Shown: piece after piece, positions 51,960-64,000 of the stretch
Numbering within the stretch: the stretch's first letter is position 1
How the letters are laid out: each line of letters starts with the position of its first letter
Made by a program: the position numbers and the translations under genes
Notes under the pieces: generated by a model
Told to the model about the DNA's origin: nothing
The model's database searches: none
Seen by the model: only the letters and a program-made list of their open reading frames with translations
NCBI GenBank assembly: GCA_003427395.1
Contig: BFEA01000013.1
Coordinates: forward strand, 2,043,106-2,107,105
Direction of reading: 5' to 3'
Length of the DNA stretch: 64,000 nucleotides
Source: Chara braunii
Lineage: Eukaryota > Plantae > Charophyceae

Positions 51960-53349
51960 CGCCAGGGACCTTCCTCCCTCCTTACATTACAAAATTGTAT
52001 AGTATACCCTTGCTTATCGCAATGCTGGCATATGGCGGTCCTCCAATCAAAATGGGGCCTTCCATACCCTTGACCCCCTTGATTCCCTTGGCCTTGGTAG
52101 CCTTGGTTATCCCAGCGCCCTCCTCCTCGGCCTCCGCAGTCTCTGCCGCACCTTCTTCCGCCACCTCTCCCTCCATTCCCTTGGTTACCCTGACCCTGGT
52201 CCCCCCCTCTTGCCACGCTACCTTGTGAACTCGGCGCGGGCCATGGAGGCGGTACCATGGGCTGGGCCTGTGCCGCAGGGTAACTTGGTGGTGGCATACT
52301 CGTTTGGGGCCCTGCATAAGGTATCATCTGCCCAGATGGGGCCGGGATTACCCATGGCACAAAAGTGTTGAACACAGGCCATGGCAATTGCCCGAATGGT
52401 GGTACCGTCGCTTGCGAGGGTCCCGCACTACTTAACGCCGCCGGTGCACTTGATGATGCTACTACCACTGCTTGGGGCGCCTACCCCTTTCCTGAGCGTT
52501 GCCCCCCCTGCGTTAAGTTGCGCTGCTTGCGTAGCGCCTTCCAGAGGTGTTGGGGCACCGACTCCTCTTCTTCCCATTCCTCTTGAACGACCTCCTCTAG
52601 CACCTGGTCCTTCCCTTTTCCCTGGATTGTCGTCACCACCTTCTTTTGTATTACCACGTCTTTTCCGTAGCCTAGCTCTGCAAGCACGTTGGTGACAATC
52701 CTCCTAACTCCTGGTGTCCAGGAGGCGGTTGCATCCCTTTCCTTCCTTTTCCGCCTTTGCAGGCGCATCTGGTGTTGTTCTACCTGATCCAGACTTTCTT
52801 CCTCGACCTCTTTGTCGATAGTGGCCCAGATGAGCTTCACACTTCCCCTCCATGACTTGTGAGCTTTGATGCCTCAGAGGCAGTGAGTAGCCCGAGGAAA
52901 ATAGCGCACTGCGCTTCCTCAGATATTCCAGGGACCTTCCTTGCCTTTTTCTTGAATTCCTACACGAAGGCTCCAACCGTTGTGAAGTCATCCTTATTCA
53001 TAGCCTCCAGGTCTGCAATGGTTAACAGGTTGTCGCCCAGCCTGTATTTCCTTTGCATCTCATCTTTAAACCTGACCCAACTACCATTGGCGGCGTTTAC
53101 CACTTTCTCTACCTCCCGAGGATGACCATGGAACACATATTTCAAAATTCGTTGAAACTTCACAGCGTTAGACAGCCCCACCAGTGCTTGCTCCACTAGG
53201 TCTAGCCAATCCGAGACCCGTTCCCCGTTGAAATGGAAGGTGTCGACCTTGGGAACATTGCTTTGTGACCTTTCATGCCTGTCCAAGGCCTCGACCAAGT
53301 CGTCGATCGTCAGGACCTTTCCGGTACCATTAGCTATGCCTCCCGACAT
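51960..53349 (-). pseudogene. Gypsy gag (frameshifted)
   Basis: FHFNGERVSDWLDLVEQ...WVRFKDEMQRKY, a Gly/Gln-rich linker and a degenerate CCHC knuckle. Confidence 0.8.
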
Positions 53350-53580
53350 TTTGGCAGAACTTCTTTTCTCAATTTCCCCTATTCATGAGACTAAGGAAAA
53401 AACTTTTTAACCCAGGCAATCAATCAGATCAGGGATAGAACTTATTACGCTAATAACAGTTATTTATCATAGATAGCCTGGCAAGACATTATGCACTCTG
53501 TCTTTCCTCATATGCCTATTTTCTCTCTCAATCTTATACCCGGATGTCGTTCCACCAGGGACAACGGTACGCTTTCGTTA

Positions 53581-53598
53581 TCCCCGGCAACGGCGCCA
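53581..53598 (-). promoter_or_regulatory. Primer-binding site complementary to tRNA-Asp
   Basis: Minus strand TGGCGCCGTTGCCGGGGA, 2 nt inside an LTR end (...CGACA). This is the PBS known from Athila-type elements. Confidence 0.88.
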
Positions 53599-53600
53599 CC

Positions 53601-54128
53601 TGTCGAGCGCATCGGTCCGACACCGCTCAAGGGCAGTATGGGACCCTCCCGGCCACGTCACGCAGGAGTTGATTTGTTCCCTTGCCTCGAACATACATGG
53701 AGCTTGTGCCAGCCGCTCTGGCCGAGTGCGTTAGTCATGCCTCTCGTGAGTTCATATGACAGGATAGGGCCTACACAAGGCACGACTTACCTCCACCTTA
53801 CGGGAGTTGTCACCTCCCTTTCGTGGGTGTATCCCCGCCGAGCTACCAGTCCACAATACGAAAGCTAATCAGTTGCAATCGCAGAGGTGGACCAGCCGAG
53901 GGCGTTTCTCGTTCGCTGTGGCATACGGGGTACGCGCGGTATTACTCCTCTATCGGACCCTTACACGAACCGACACCTTGGGGGGCTGAGGTCCCAAGCG
54001 CGACTCGTCGCCAGTCGACTAGGATGCATCCCACACTCCACGTGCACACCACTATAAAGAACATAAAAATAAAAGCACACATATACTTACACACACATAC
54101 AAAACGACGCCGGATAAACAACGCGACA
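53601..54128 (-). repeat. Probable 5' LTR (~528 bp)
   Basis: TGTCG...CGACA termini next to the PBS. The distal boundary is inferred because no second copy was found. Confidence 0.55.
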
Positions 54129-55279
54129 ACACCCCTAGTCCCTTACTGACCGTCCCATAACTTTCGGATGTGGAAATCGGATGGGCGTCACGCGCGAGAC
54201 TTAGTATAAAGTCGCACGGGCGCAGGACCTAATCATATCGACTAGCAATGCAATCATACTCAAGTTGTCACAATGATGGCGTACTATGTAGTGTCCATAA
54301 TCAAGCGGTCCTTCGTGGATCCGAGTACCGTTTACGACACTCAAGTGTCATTCTCAAAGTATCGTGAAGGTTTGCCCCTTCACGATATTGCACGGCTGAA
54401 GGAATAGCCGTGCGGCCGCCGTGACACCTCCGGCCTTAGGCTGAGTGTCTCGGCAGGCAGGGCAAATAGGCTCTGCGCAGGGGAAAATTCCTTCCATGCA
54501 GAGTCTAGTACCTGGGATGTCCTTGACAAGGACCTCGAATCCAGGCCGAGGACCAACGTATGACTAAGAAATCTTTAAGAAGTATACAACCAATAGAGCG
54601 GGGTCACAAGCGGTTATCGGATAGCTGAAAATTCAAGAATGAAAATTATGAAGTGAGAGTTTTGGGCAGTCTGAAAATCCTGAATGGTCATAAAGTGGTG
54701 AAAGGTCCGAAGACCTTGAAAACCACGTGTTTAGGCAGGCTGCATCCTGAAGAAGAGAAGGAAAATTACAGAGTATAATTAGAAATAGTCTGGACAAGTT
54801 GAACATTGTTTCCAAGACGAATGGTTCATTCCCCAGCCCATATTTGCATTTTCTTTTGAGAACAAAGTCGGAAAGCTATTAAAGTTTGGATATTAAACAG
54901 TTCAGGGCGACTAGGCATTGTTTTCAAGCTGAATGATCTAGTCAAGTGCCCAAAGAAGAGAAAAGTAGTAGTGCAAGCTGTTCGTGTATATCTTAAGGCA
55001 CGCTGGACATTGTTTCCAAGCCGAATGGTCTAGCACTTGTGCCATATGTAAGATGGGTATAAGGGTTGAATTACCTAAAGGTTCATGAACTATTTTACAT
55101 AAATGAACTTGGGATAGTGAGAGTACTTACCTTTGTGGCTTCGCACGCATGTGACTGAGTGCGACCACTACTTAGTCTGAGTTTCAGTTTGATAGGTAGT
55201 TGCTTTGGTTGCTCGCCACGTGCTAGAGCCATAGGAGTTAGGTTCAATTTCTGCATTTTCTGGATTATTTATTATACTT

Positions 55280-55850
55280 GGTCTTGTATAAATTTTAGTA
55301 AGTCATTTTCTCTTCGGGAAGCGCTGCCGAAATTTTTACAAAATCAAGGAGTTAGTCAGATTTTGTCTTTCAAAGTTCAACTTGTCTGATTTTTTTGGCT
55401 TAGTAAAAATATAGAAAACCTCCTTTTGTAAAGGGAGTGCTGCCCAAATTTTTGCTAATCTAGAGAGTTAGACAAAATTGGACCTTGAGAAGTCAAAGTC
55501 ATTTTAGATTATGAACTTAGCTCTGTATAAATTTTGGAATAACACTTTCTCTATGGGAAGTGCTGCCGAAATTTCTACAAATCTAAGGAGTAAGTTAAGT
55601 TTTGTCTTAGCTGAACTCAGGTCTTGTTTCTGAGTTCATATGTGACTTAGTATAAATCTGGGAAGTTTATCTTTCTAATGAAAATGCTGGCCAAAATTTT
55701 GCTAATTCAGGGAGTTAGACAAATTTTGTTTTTTCAGAATTAGAGTTTGATTTTTGCTTTTATATTTGGATAATTATAAATTATGTGAAGCCACTTTTCC
55801 TACTTGAAGCACTGATGAAATTTTCTTAGTTTAGAGGAGTTAGATTATAT
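55280..55850 (+). repeat. About five degenerate ~120-bp tandem units
   Basis: Recurrent TATAAATT...GCTGCCGAAATTT...GGAGTTAG..AATTTTG. Confidence 0.8.
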
Positions 55851-56701
55851 TTTGAGAGGTGACGATTCTAGCAATCCCTTCTGCATAGAGGAGATTCTTG
55901 CAAAAGATCTACCTTTCCATTAGGCACTGACTTAGGGATAAATTTAGGATTTGTTAAGTACAATGATTCTTGGTGAAATCATGATATAAACTTGTAAATT
56001 TAGCATAGGGATTGACCTATCTTGTGTTACAGGTCCTCTTGATCGCTTAATTCAAGATTTGGGCTAAATTCAAGATTTGGGCTAAATTCAATTTGATCCT
56101 ATAAGGATCATCTTCTGTTATCACTGATAACAGGTCGGTTGTCGATTCGTCGGTCTACGACTCAATTCCAATTCACCCTTAATGCTCAACCTAAAAGGCT
56201 TTAGCTATGGTGATTTTTTTGTTTTATTAAGGTTTTCACCCGGACTTTTATTGAATGGCCATTTAACAAAGGTACTGAGTATTTAATTATGGTTGGTTTG
56301 ACAGAGGCTGGGGTTTGCATGGCTAAAGCAGGGGTATGAGTATAAAGATCGATTGGAGTTGACTCCGTGTAGTGCATGGACTTTGTCGACTCATTGATGT
56401 GATAACAAGTATGATCTGTGGTTCGGATTTTTGATTTGACTGCCTGCGATCACACCTAAATAAATGGTCATTCACTACTTATGTGATTACTGTGATTGTG
56501 AGAAGTGATCGTCACATACTTATTCCCCTATATATATATATATATATACATATAAATATATATGTATACCTATGCAGGGTGTCCGCGTGACCTTTGAGGA
56601 CCCACGCTTAAGAGGTAAAGAAGGGTTGCGATTGAGAAAAGAAGCAGAACCCCGCTGAGAGAAGGTTAACAACGCTCGTATTTTTCATCACCACTTCAGG
56701 A

Positions 56702-56882
56702 CACCCTTCACCATTTCAGGATGCAGCCTGCCTAAACAAGTGGTTTTCAGGGTCGTCGGACCTTTCACCACTTCAGGACCATTCAAGTCTGAAAATCCTA
56801 AATGGTCCTGAAGTGGTGAAAGCTCCGAAGACCCTAAAAACCACTTGTTTAAGCAGGCAGCATCCTCAAGTGGTGAAGGGTG
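56702..56882. repeat. Long imperfect hairpin (~82-bp arms); arm sequence also at 54651-54750 and 56880-56955
   Basis: CACCCTTCACCATTTCAGGATGCAGCCTGCCTAAACAAGTGG...CCACTTGTTTAAGCAGGCAGCATCCTCAAGTGGTGAAGGGTG. Confidence 0.85.
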
Positions 56883-59800
56883 GTTTTCATGGTCTTCGGA
56901 CCTTTCACCACTTCACGACCATTCAAGACTTTCGGACTGCCCAAAACTCTCACTTGACCACTTGAGGACACCCTTATACTCAGTTTATACTTATGTGTGT
57001 GATTTTCCGGCTAAACCATTTAGCTTCGAAACAATGCTCAGCCTTAGACCAAAATCCTCCCTCAGATGAAAACAAGAGAACCCGTCACCCTTATAAAATA
57101 AACATAGCAACCAGGTCATTCAACTTAGAAACAATGTCTGGCCCGTCAGATAACAGCCAAATAAACAAAGGCCTGGGTCATTCAGCTTAGAAACAATGCC
57201 CAGTCTTTGGTTGACCCAGTCAAATGCATGCAGTCTGCCTTTCTCCCACCTTTCTCCAGTTCATCCCTTAGTCTGCTTTTAATCAAAATAAAACTTAAAC
57301 TTATACTTCACTCTCATGCATTCTTTTCATTCAGTCTGGTTAAGTCTTGAAAGAAAGCAAAGTCATAGGGGCAATCTCATGCATACATCAGTCAAACTAA
57401 AGGGAGATAAACAAACATAGGTATAGTGGGGTCATACAGATAGAAAATGGTATACGTGTCAATTCCCTGCCTCCAGAACCTCGCCTAGGTTCCAGCAGAG
57501 CTCCCGCAATCGGTGGGTGGACTCCCGACAGAGTCTTGATGCGGTCCTACGGGTTGCGATCCCGCCTGCCACCTTCCTCTCGTAACCAAGGACTAAACTT
57601 AGAGTTAGAAAGGCAGAAGGAGATAGGTTGAGACTCTCAGATACAAGAATGGTGCGCTCAGACTCGCGAGACAGGACCTTGATTTCTTGACACGCCTGAG
57701 GGTCCCGCAATGGTGACCAAAACTGCAGCAGCTTGATCAAACAAAGTCAAACGGTTGAACCCAACTCTCTGACGACTCCCCAGGTTGCAACAATAACCTT
57801 CTTCGCAACCACTCCTCCTTTTTATCCAAGCAGCAGTCAAACGCAACGCTAAGCCCCTAAAGGAACCCAATGTGTAGAGTAAAAATGGCGTAGCGAGACT
57901 GCGTGCACAGCAGCCGCTTCTGCGGCAAGACCCAGCGAGCTCAGCAACAAAGTGTTGCTCAACAGTTACAGCAGTCCGTAGCAAGTTCAGCAGTTGCCGT
58001 AGTAGAAGCACGACTGAGGCAACCTGCGGCTTCACCCAGCAGCAGAGCAACACCGGATAGTGCAGCAGCAATGCATAGTGTCAACCACAATGCTCAGTCA
58101 GCAGCGGCACGTCAACTTCTGGCCAATCTGCTATTGCGCAGCCTAAGATGAGTGCACTCCTGTGCTCTAGGACTCCACAGAAAACAGCGCGCTTAACAAT
58201 CGTTCACAACAACAGCGCACCTCAACAATGTATAGTGCTAGGTACAATACCGCCTCACGACCCTCTTTCCTCTAATCAACAACACTCCTCTTTCCCAACT
58301 CGGTCTCTTCGTCGTGCCTTGCGATCCGAAGCGTTTCGGCAATAACCCAGAATACTGGTTGCAGATCAAAAACTCGGCCCTTGCTTATGCCGAGATAGGT
58401 GACAACGCTGTTTATCTAGCCACGCAATCACCAGAGCTTGGCAATACTTATGTAGAAGGTGACAGTGTTGAACCACCGTTAGCATCCGGTACCTACCCAA
58501 CCAGTAGGCCGACTCATGATACTTTAGTTTAGTGAGATAAACGACACACCACTCAGCGGATGGATCTGTAATGTCGTAGCCTACAACCCACCACAGACAT
58601 GCCCTCAGCTTGTGTGGCTCACTCCCCGCTGGCTTCTTCAACTAGCAGGGTGGGTCCACTGCAGACAGCTAGGATACACGCCGCTCTTCCAGTTGTCCGT
58701 ACAGAGGAGCAGGTGCGTGCTACCTTCTCCGACACATTGGTCCAAGCCTGAAGGGTCGGCCACCCAAATCATCTGCCCGACTGCGCAAGTCGACCGATGA
58801 GAAGAGTCAAGATGCCCCCACCTGCTAGATGCAGACCTTTACACTACAAGCCCCTCCCTCCAGACATCTCAGCCTTCACCATCGTAGCTCATCTCCAGAA
58901 TCTTCTTGCACAGCCAATCTTCGAGGCGAGCCCTCCAACCTTTTCCCGCTCTCGCTTGTCCTTGCTACCAGGTAAGTCGTCGTCCCCTACGAGTAGCTCC
59001 ACACGCTACTCCCACCGATATAACCCGAGAAACCGGCGTGAGTCTTCCGCTGGTACGTGGCCGCATGCAGCACGAGGTAAATGCTTAAATCCTGCTGCCT
59101 TACTTCCTATCTTTGCCCACTCGTCAAGCAGAAAGGAAGTGCTCCTTTCGCCCTCGATCTCGCTAGCTATTCCAAGGCCAGGATGCGGGCTAATCATCCC
59201 GCTAATCAGGCCCGATGCATCGCGCGCTGGCTACGATCAGTCTGACGAGCAGGCGAGGTGGTATTCGATATGATGGAGGGAACCCGGCCAAAGACTTTAG
59301 TTACACAAACCAGTCACACGAGTAAGGAGGACAACCACCGCATGTGAACTGAAGGCAAGGAGTATCATGGTTCCCAAGGAGCACGAAGTAGAAAATAGAA
59401 CATTAAATGAATCTACTCCAAAAACACGAAAAGATACATCGCCATATTCGTCTCCGAAAGCCACTTCGCCATTCCCCGACGCATCCTGTTTTCCTACTAA
59501 CTGTCTTTCTTTTAACCTACAGCTGAATCTAGCCATCGATTCGGGTTCGCCTTCACTCCAAACTACAGATCAAACTTCTTCCTAACATAAATCGCCCCCT
59601 ACTCGGTTGAAAGCTAATTTTTTCTTCCTCATCCACCATGGCTCCGTGCAATAACTTGTCTACTAACCTCCCTTTCTACCATTCAATCATACAGACTAAC
59701 ACTGGATTTGAGGTCGACTAACCCGAAAACCCCTATCTAACATCTCCTTTCACTCGATTTCATACAGAATCGGGTGAAATCTCGGTCCTCCTCTTCCCGC

Positions 59801-62800
59801 TGTCTCTATCGACGCCATGTCTCCGCGCAACCCCTATCTCACTTATCTCTCTCTCTCTACTAACTGATTGCTAAATCTGACATAACAGTCGAATTCGCCT
59901 CGGTCAAAAACCCCTTAATCGCTTCTTCCCACATCTAAATCCGGTCGGAAACAAGGGAGATCAGTACTTCCTCACTCTCCCTCCTTCTTACTCCCGCCAC
60001 CACCGCGCACCTTTCTCCTCCAGCAACTCACCACCTACTCACTTTTGCTCCAATCTGACCTCTCCACGCAACTCGCCTCACCTTCAAATACCAACTTCAT
60101 CTCTTTCCTCGCTCAATTTCATCGAGCGTCGAGGGAGATCGCCACCTCCTAATCCGTCATAGCCAAGTTCCCCCCCTTCCACCATCTTTTATTCTAGATG
60201 GACCCTGGCGCAAAGTGCGCCCAGGTTCGTTTACTTTTCCTTGCTCTTTACTCCTTGCCTTCGCCAGCTCCGACCTACTGCGCCCAGTAGTCGGAGACCA
60301 TCCAGCGCTATACCACGCACTCCCCCACACAGCGCACCGGCTCAACCTGATACAACCGGCGGGTCGGTGGTCGTAGAGGTCGAGCTCCGGTAGGGAGCCT
60401 GTGCTAACTTTCCCGCGGAGTCAGGCAGTCCCTAAGGACGGATAGCACGGAGTCCACGGCCTATGCCCGGCTGCGACGGTCACTCTGCCCTCCTTACGCA
60501 CGGGTTATGCTAATCTTCTTCGTATCGTTCCATCCTTAACAGATGTCCCGAAGGACTTCGATCGGGCAGTGCCTTGCGACCCTTCGGAGCCTGAGCGACC
60601 CTAGGCATTTCAAAGTATTCGGCCCCACACCTCAAGCCCCACTATCTGGGACCGAATGCGGGTCTACGTCCTATCAGCTCACGGGTGAATCCACCGAGCT
60701 ACGCCTATTGGGTCAACAACTAGTCTTGGACCCGGCCCTGGGCCCGATTTCAGATAAGACTAAATAAGAGTAAAGGAAAAATTTACAAAAGCAAGAAAAG
60801 TTCAAATTAAGGGAGGGAGTGATCGAGAGGAAGGGAGGGACCCACCGGTACTTCCTCGACCCTTCCAGCACGGCCCGCAATCAGACTTCCCAACAAAAAA
60901 ACAAGGGGGATAGTCCCACTGGACCCTCGACCCCTTTGCCTCTCCATAAGACGCTCCCTCGCTCCTAAGCTGCCGCCCGCTGGCCTCGATCCCCGCATTT
61001 CCGTCTCGCAAGTCCAATGTCGTAACCCATAGGGCTAAGCCCAAGCCAGGAACCAACATGCGTGGATCTCATATAAACCAGTGCAGCGTAGTGCTCAGGG
61101 TAAAGAAAGCGCCATGGGCCGTCTCTCCGCCCACGGTCGGGCGTGCGTCATTCCGCATACCCAACTTACCGTCGATCGAACGTGCCGGATAGGAAGACAT
61201 AAACTTCGATATCCTTACCTTAATCAGCAAACAAAAACCAAGCCGGCTGGCTATGCCGGCCTTACGATCAATTCAAAGGAAAAGATCACATGCGCGTCGT
61301 AAAGCTTGCGCGTCCACACACTCTCTGTTCTAGTCAACCATTTAGTCAGTGTGATATCATAGACGCAACCGCGCCTTGCATGGAATACTTAGATTTTAAA
61401 CCAACTTATTTCCTGTTGTTTGCAAAAACTAGGGCGGATACCCTTGTAAGGGTATTCGCACCAACAGGCGACCACCTTTTTTACGGACTCTCTCACTCTC
61501 TCCCTCTCTTTTCTTTCATTTTCATAGACACATCCATATATACACCGACTCTCCCTCTCTCTCTTCTCTCTCTCTCTGTCTTATCGAAATACACACATAC
61601 ACACACATATAATTACAATACTCATCATGGCATGAAACTCTGATGTGTCTGGCGGCAATTTCGACATCTACAGATTCTAGACACAATCATGAGGTACCAT
61701 ACCACCCGTTGAAGAGGTGGTGACGATCTCTTGCAAAACTAGTTAAAACAACCATAGAACACACCCACCTTTCGATGGTCTCACTCTCTTTCCTCAAAAG
61801 ATGCACACATCCATACATACACGTACTCCCCACTCTCTTCTCTCTCACACACACATACATGCGCACACATACACACACAATGATAATACTCCTTTGGGCA
61901 TCTTACTTAGACATTCCTGGCCACAATTTCGACATCTTTGGACTGAAATCGTCTGGTTGTACTAGTGGAAACGTGGTAAGTCGTGACAATTTCAGTTAAA
62001 GAAACGCTAAAGTTGTGGCCAGGAACATCAAAGTTACATACCCAAAGGGGTAAACGAAGATACACACTAACAAAAAAAAACAGTTCCATAGAACATGGTT
62101 CAATGTAGCGCCCTTGCACCCAAGACCCCAAGTATCCCTTCTCTCTCACACCCACACACACACACCCTAAGCAGTTTGACGAAGCCATGCCTTCTTTTTA
62201 TGGAGTTGTGTATAGCGAACATGCCAAAACATAAGTGGAGGGAGGAGGGGATGAGGGGTGATACACGTGGAAGGAGGGAGGATGAAGCATGGAGGAGGGA
62301 GGAGGGGTCATGGACGAGGGAGGAGGGAGGATATGTAATGGAGAGACGATGTAAGGAGGAGAGTCGTGGCAAAGGAGAAACATAGCAACCGAGGAGGCCA
62401 AATACAGATAACAAAAAAAATAAAATGGCGGGAGTACAAATTTACAATGGTAGAGGAAGGAGCGAAGAAGGGACGAACGAGGGAGGACAAGCGATGAGCA
62501 ACAACAAACGGGGAAGGAGGCGAGACGATGGGCAGAGGAATAAAAAGATGGCGAGCAGGAGGATGAGTGGTGGAGAACAGAGGCAGGAGGACAAGTTACG
62601 GAGGGAGCGCCCGTAGTAGCAGGAATGGTGTTGCCGAAAGTGGTAGCAGTAAACGAGGTAGTAATGCTCGTGTAGAAGTAGTAGTAATAGTAGTAAGTGG
62701 AAGTAATTGTGGCAGTAGTTGTTACGATTCTGGTTGTGTCGTTCAATTGCAATTGAAATGAAAGAGCTTGGAAAGAGAAATAGACAAGGGAAGAAGAAGA

Positions 62801-63263
62801 AATAAGAATGGAAGAGAAGAAGATGTACACCAGCAAAGACCAATGTCAAATTCATTTCCCACTCGCCACCATCTCCAACTACCTTGAACTCCCCCAACGT
62901 TTTCTTAACAATAAGAATAATAACATTAAAATAATAAACCAGAATCAACTGTCTGAATCTCCTCCTTACTGCCAGCAACTCTAAAGGTCCACCATCGCCA
63001 CACACTACACCTCCTTCCTTCTCCTAGTAGGTGGGTATGGCGGACTAGCGGAGCCCAACTCCGATGTTCAAAGGACAAAGCAAAGCTGATATGCTCCCCC
63101 TACTCAGGCCGCCATGCCTATATCTGCCCCGAAGTCGCCCTCGAAGAATTACACCTTGTACGGGGCCTTCTCGGTGTAGCAACAACGAAGAAGATGAAGA
63201 TGTCGTCCATCATAGCCAGGTAAGTACCCCCGTCACTCTCCTCCTCCTCCTGCACCCCTGGAG

Positions 63264-63301
63264 CTGTCTCTTATACACATCTAGATGTGTATAAGAGACA
63301 G
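63264..63301. other. Nextera junction adapter between two exact 148-bp copies (63116-63263 and 63302-63449)
   Basis: Exact 38-bp adapter with identical flanking segments. Confidence 0.99.
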
Positions 63302-64000
63302 GCCTATATCTGCCCCGAAGTCGCCCTCGAAGAATTACACCTTGTACGGGGCCTTCTCGGTGTAGCAACAACGAAGAAGATGAAGATGTCGTCCATCATA
63401 GCCAGGTAAGTACCCCCGTCACTCTCCTCCTCCTCCTGCACCCCTGGAGTCTTCCCCCTGGTCCGCTACACCATAGCTGAGTGGAGGGGCCAGACCGCCT
63501 TCTTGCTCACCAACGCTGGCCACACTAAGCACTCTCTCCAGCAGCGTGACGCCAAACTTGCACACCGCAAAATGAGAACCACTTCGCTCCTCTTGAAGTT
63601 ATACCGGGCAGCGGACTCCATGGGCGATGACTCTCCACACACACACACACACACATACATAAACACAAACACACACAAGCATGTCATTACATAGTGTTAG
63701 TATAGTAGTAGTAGTAGTAGTAGTAGTACCAGAAGTAGTAATTGCAGTAGTAGAGGTAGAATTGGCTATAGTAATTGTGCTACTACTAGTCCAAGTTGTA
63801 GTAGTAGTTACAGTACTACAACTGCTACAAGCAGCAACAGTAGTAGCATAATGCCAGAAGTAGTGTCATATGGCATTGCAAGGTCGTGAAGGTCATCGCG
63901 CCATTGACAGAAAACTACACCTACGACAGAAGAAAAAAAAAGTTGGCCCGTGTTTGTGTGTATGTGTGTGTTTGTGTGAATGTTTTTGAATGTTCACCAC

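Larger units (their letters stand above)
48160..54128 (-). mobile_element. Degenerate Ty3/gypsy LTR retrotransposon (gag-PR-RT-RH, no visible integrase)
   Basis: Gag from 53349, zinc knuckle CQHCDKQGYTIQFC, protease MVDTGAEMN, RT DLYSGYNQ and YIDD, RNase H ETDAG/ESRTL/RETLAV/DPTAL/NKADGLSR. Many stops and frameshifts. Confidence 0.93.

Noticed and set aside
57450-61480. Protein-coding genes among the many short ORFs
   Set aside because: No recognisable domain or consistent splicing. Probably degenerate retroelement non-coding sequence.

Overview
Repeat-rich eukaryotic DNA with spliceosomal introns, microsatellites and no recognisable housekeeping gene. Repeat style and the Ty3/gypsy proteins suggest a charophyte alga such as Chara (inference). 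Most ORFs in the track are noise. Splicing by eye recovers two intron-containing, lightly pseudogenised + strand genes that the track only shows in fragments. (1) A DUF3987/YfjI-like P-loop ATPase, a family mostly known from phage and prokaryotic mobile-element replication modules: exon 1 at 12714-13172, exons 2-5 at 32455-35601, exons 2-4 also duplicated at 4677-6385. (2) A KDZ (Kyakuja-Dileera-Zisupton) transposase with CxC5- and CxC6-like Cys clusters and an internal chromodomain-like segment, about 7 exons at 21229-42946. A third, unidentified decayed gene lies between them (about 14845-18797). Nextera mate-pair junction adapters, matching intron phases and a shared (GA)n-spaced repeat indicate that segment 27845-36423 is misplaced and belongs in the N-gap at 13250-13404. 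Moving it gives a co-oriented cassette DUF3987 ATPase > unknown gene > chromo-KDZ transposase, a candidate large multigene DNA transposon. The rest of the window holds an integrase-less Ty3/gypsy element (- strand, tRNA-Asp PBS), tRNA-derived SINEs, a MITE family, a foldback element, satellites and a 69-bp cox1 fragment.
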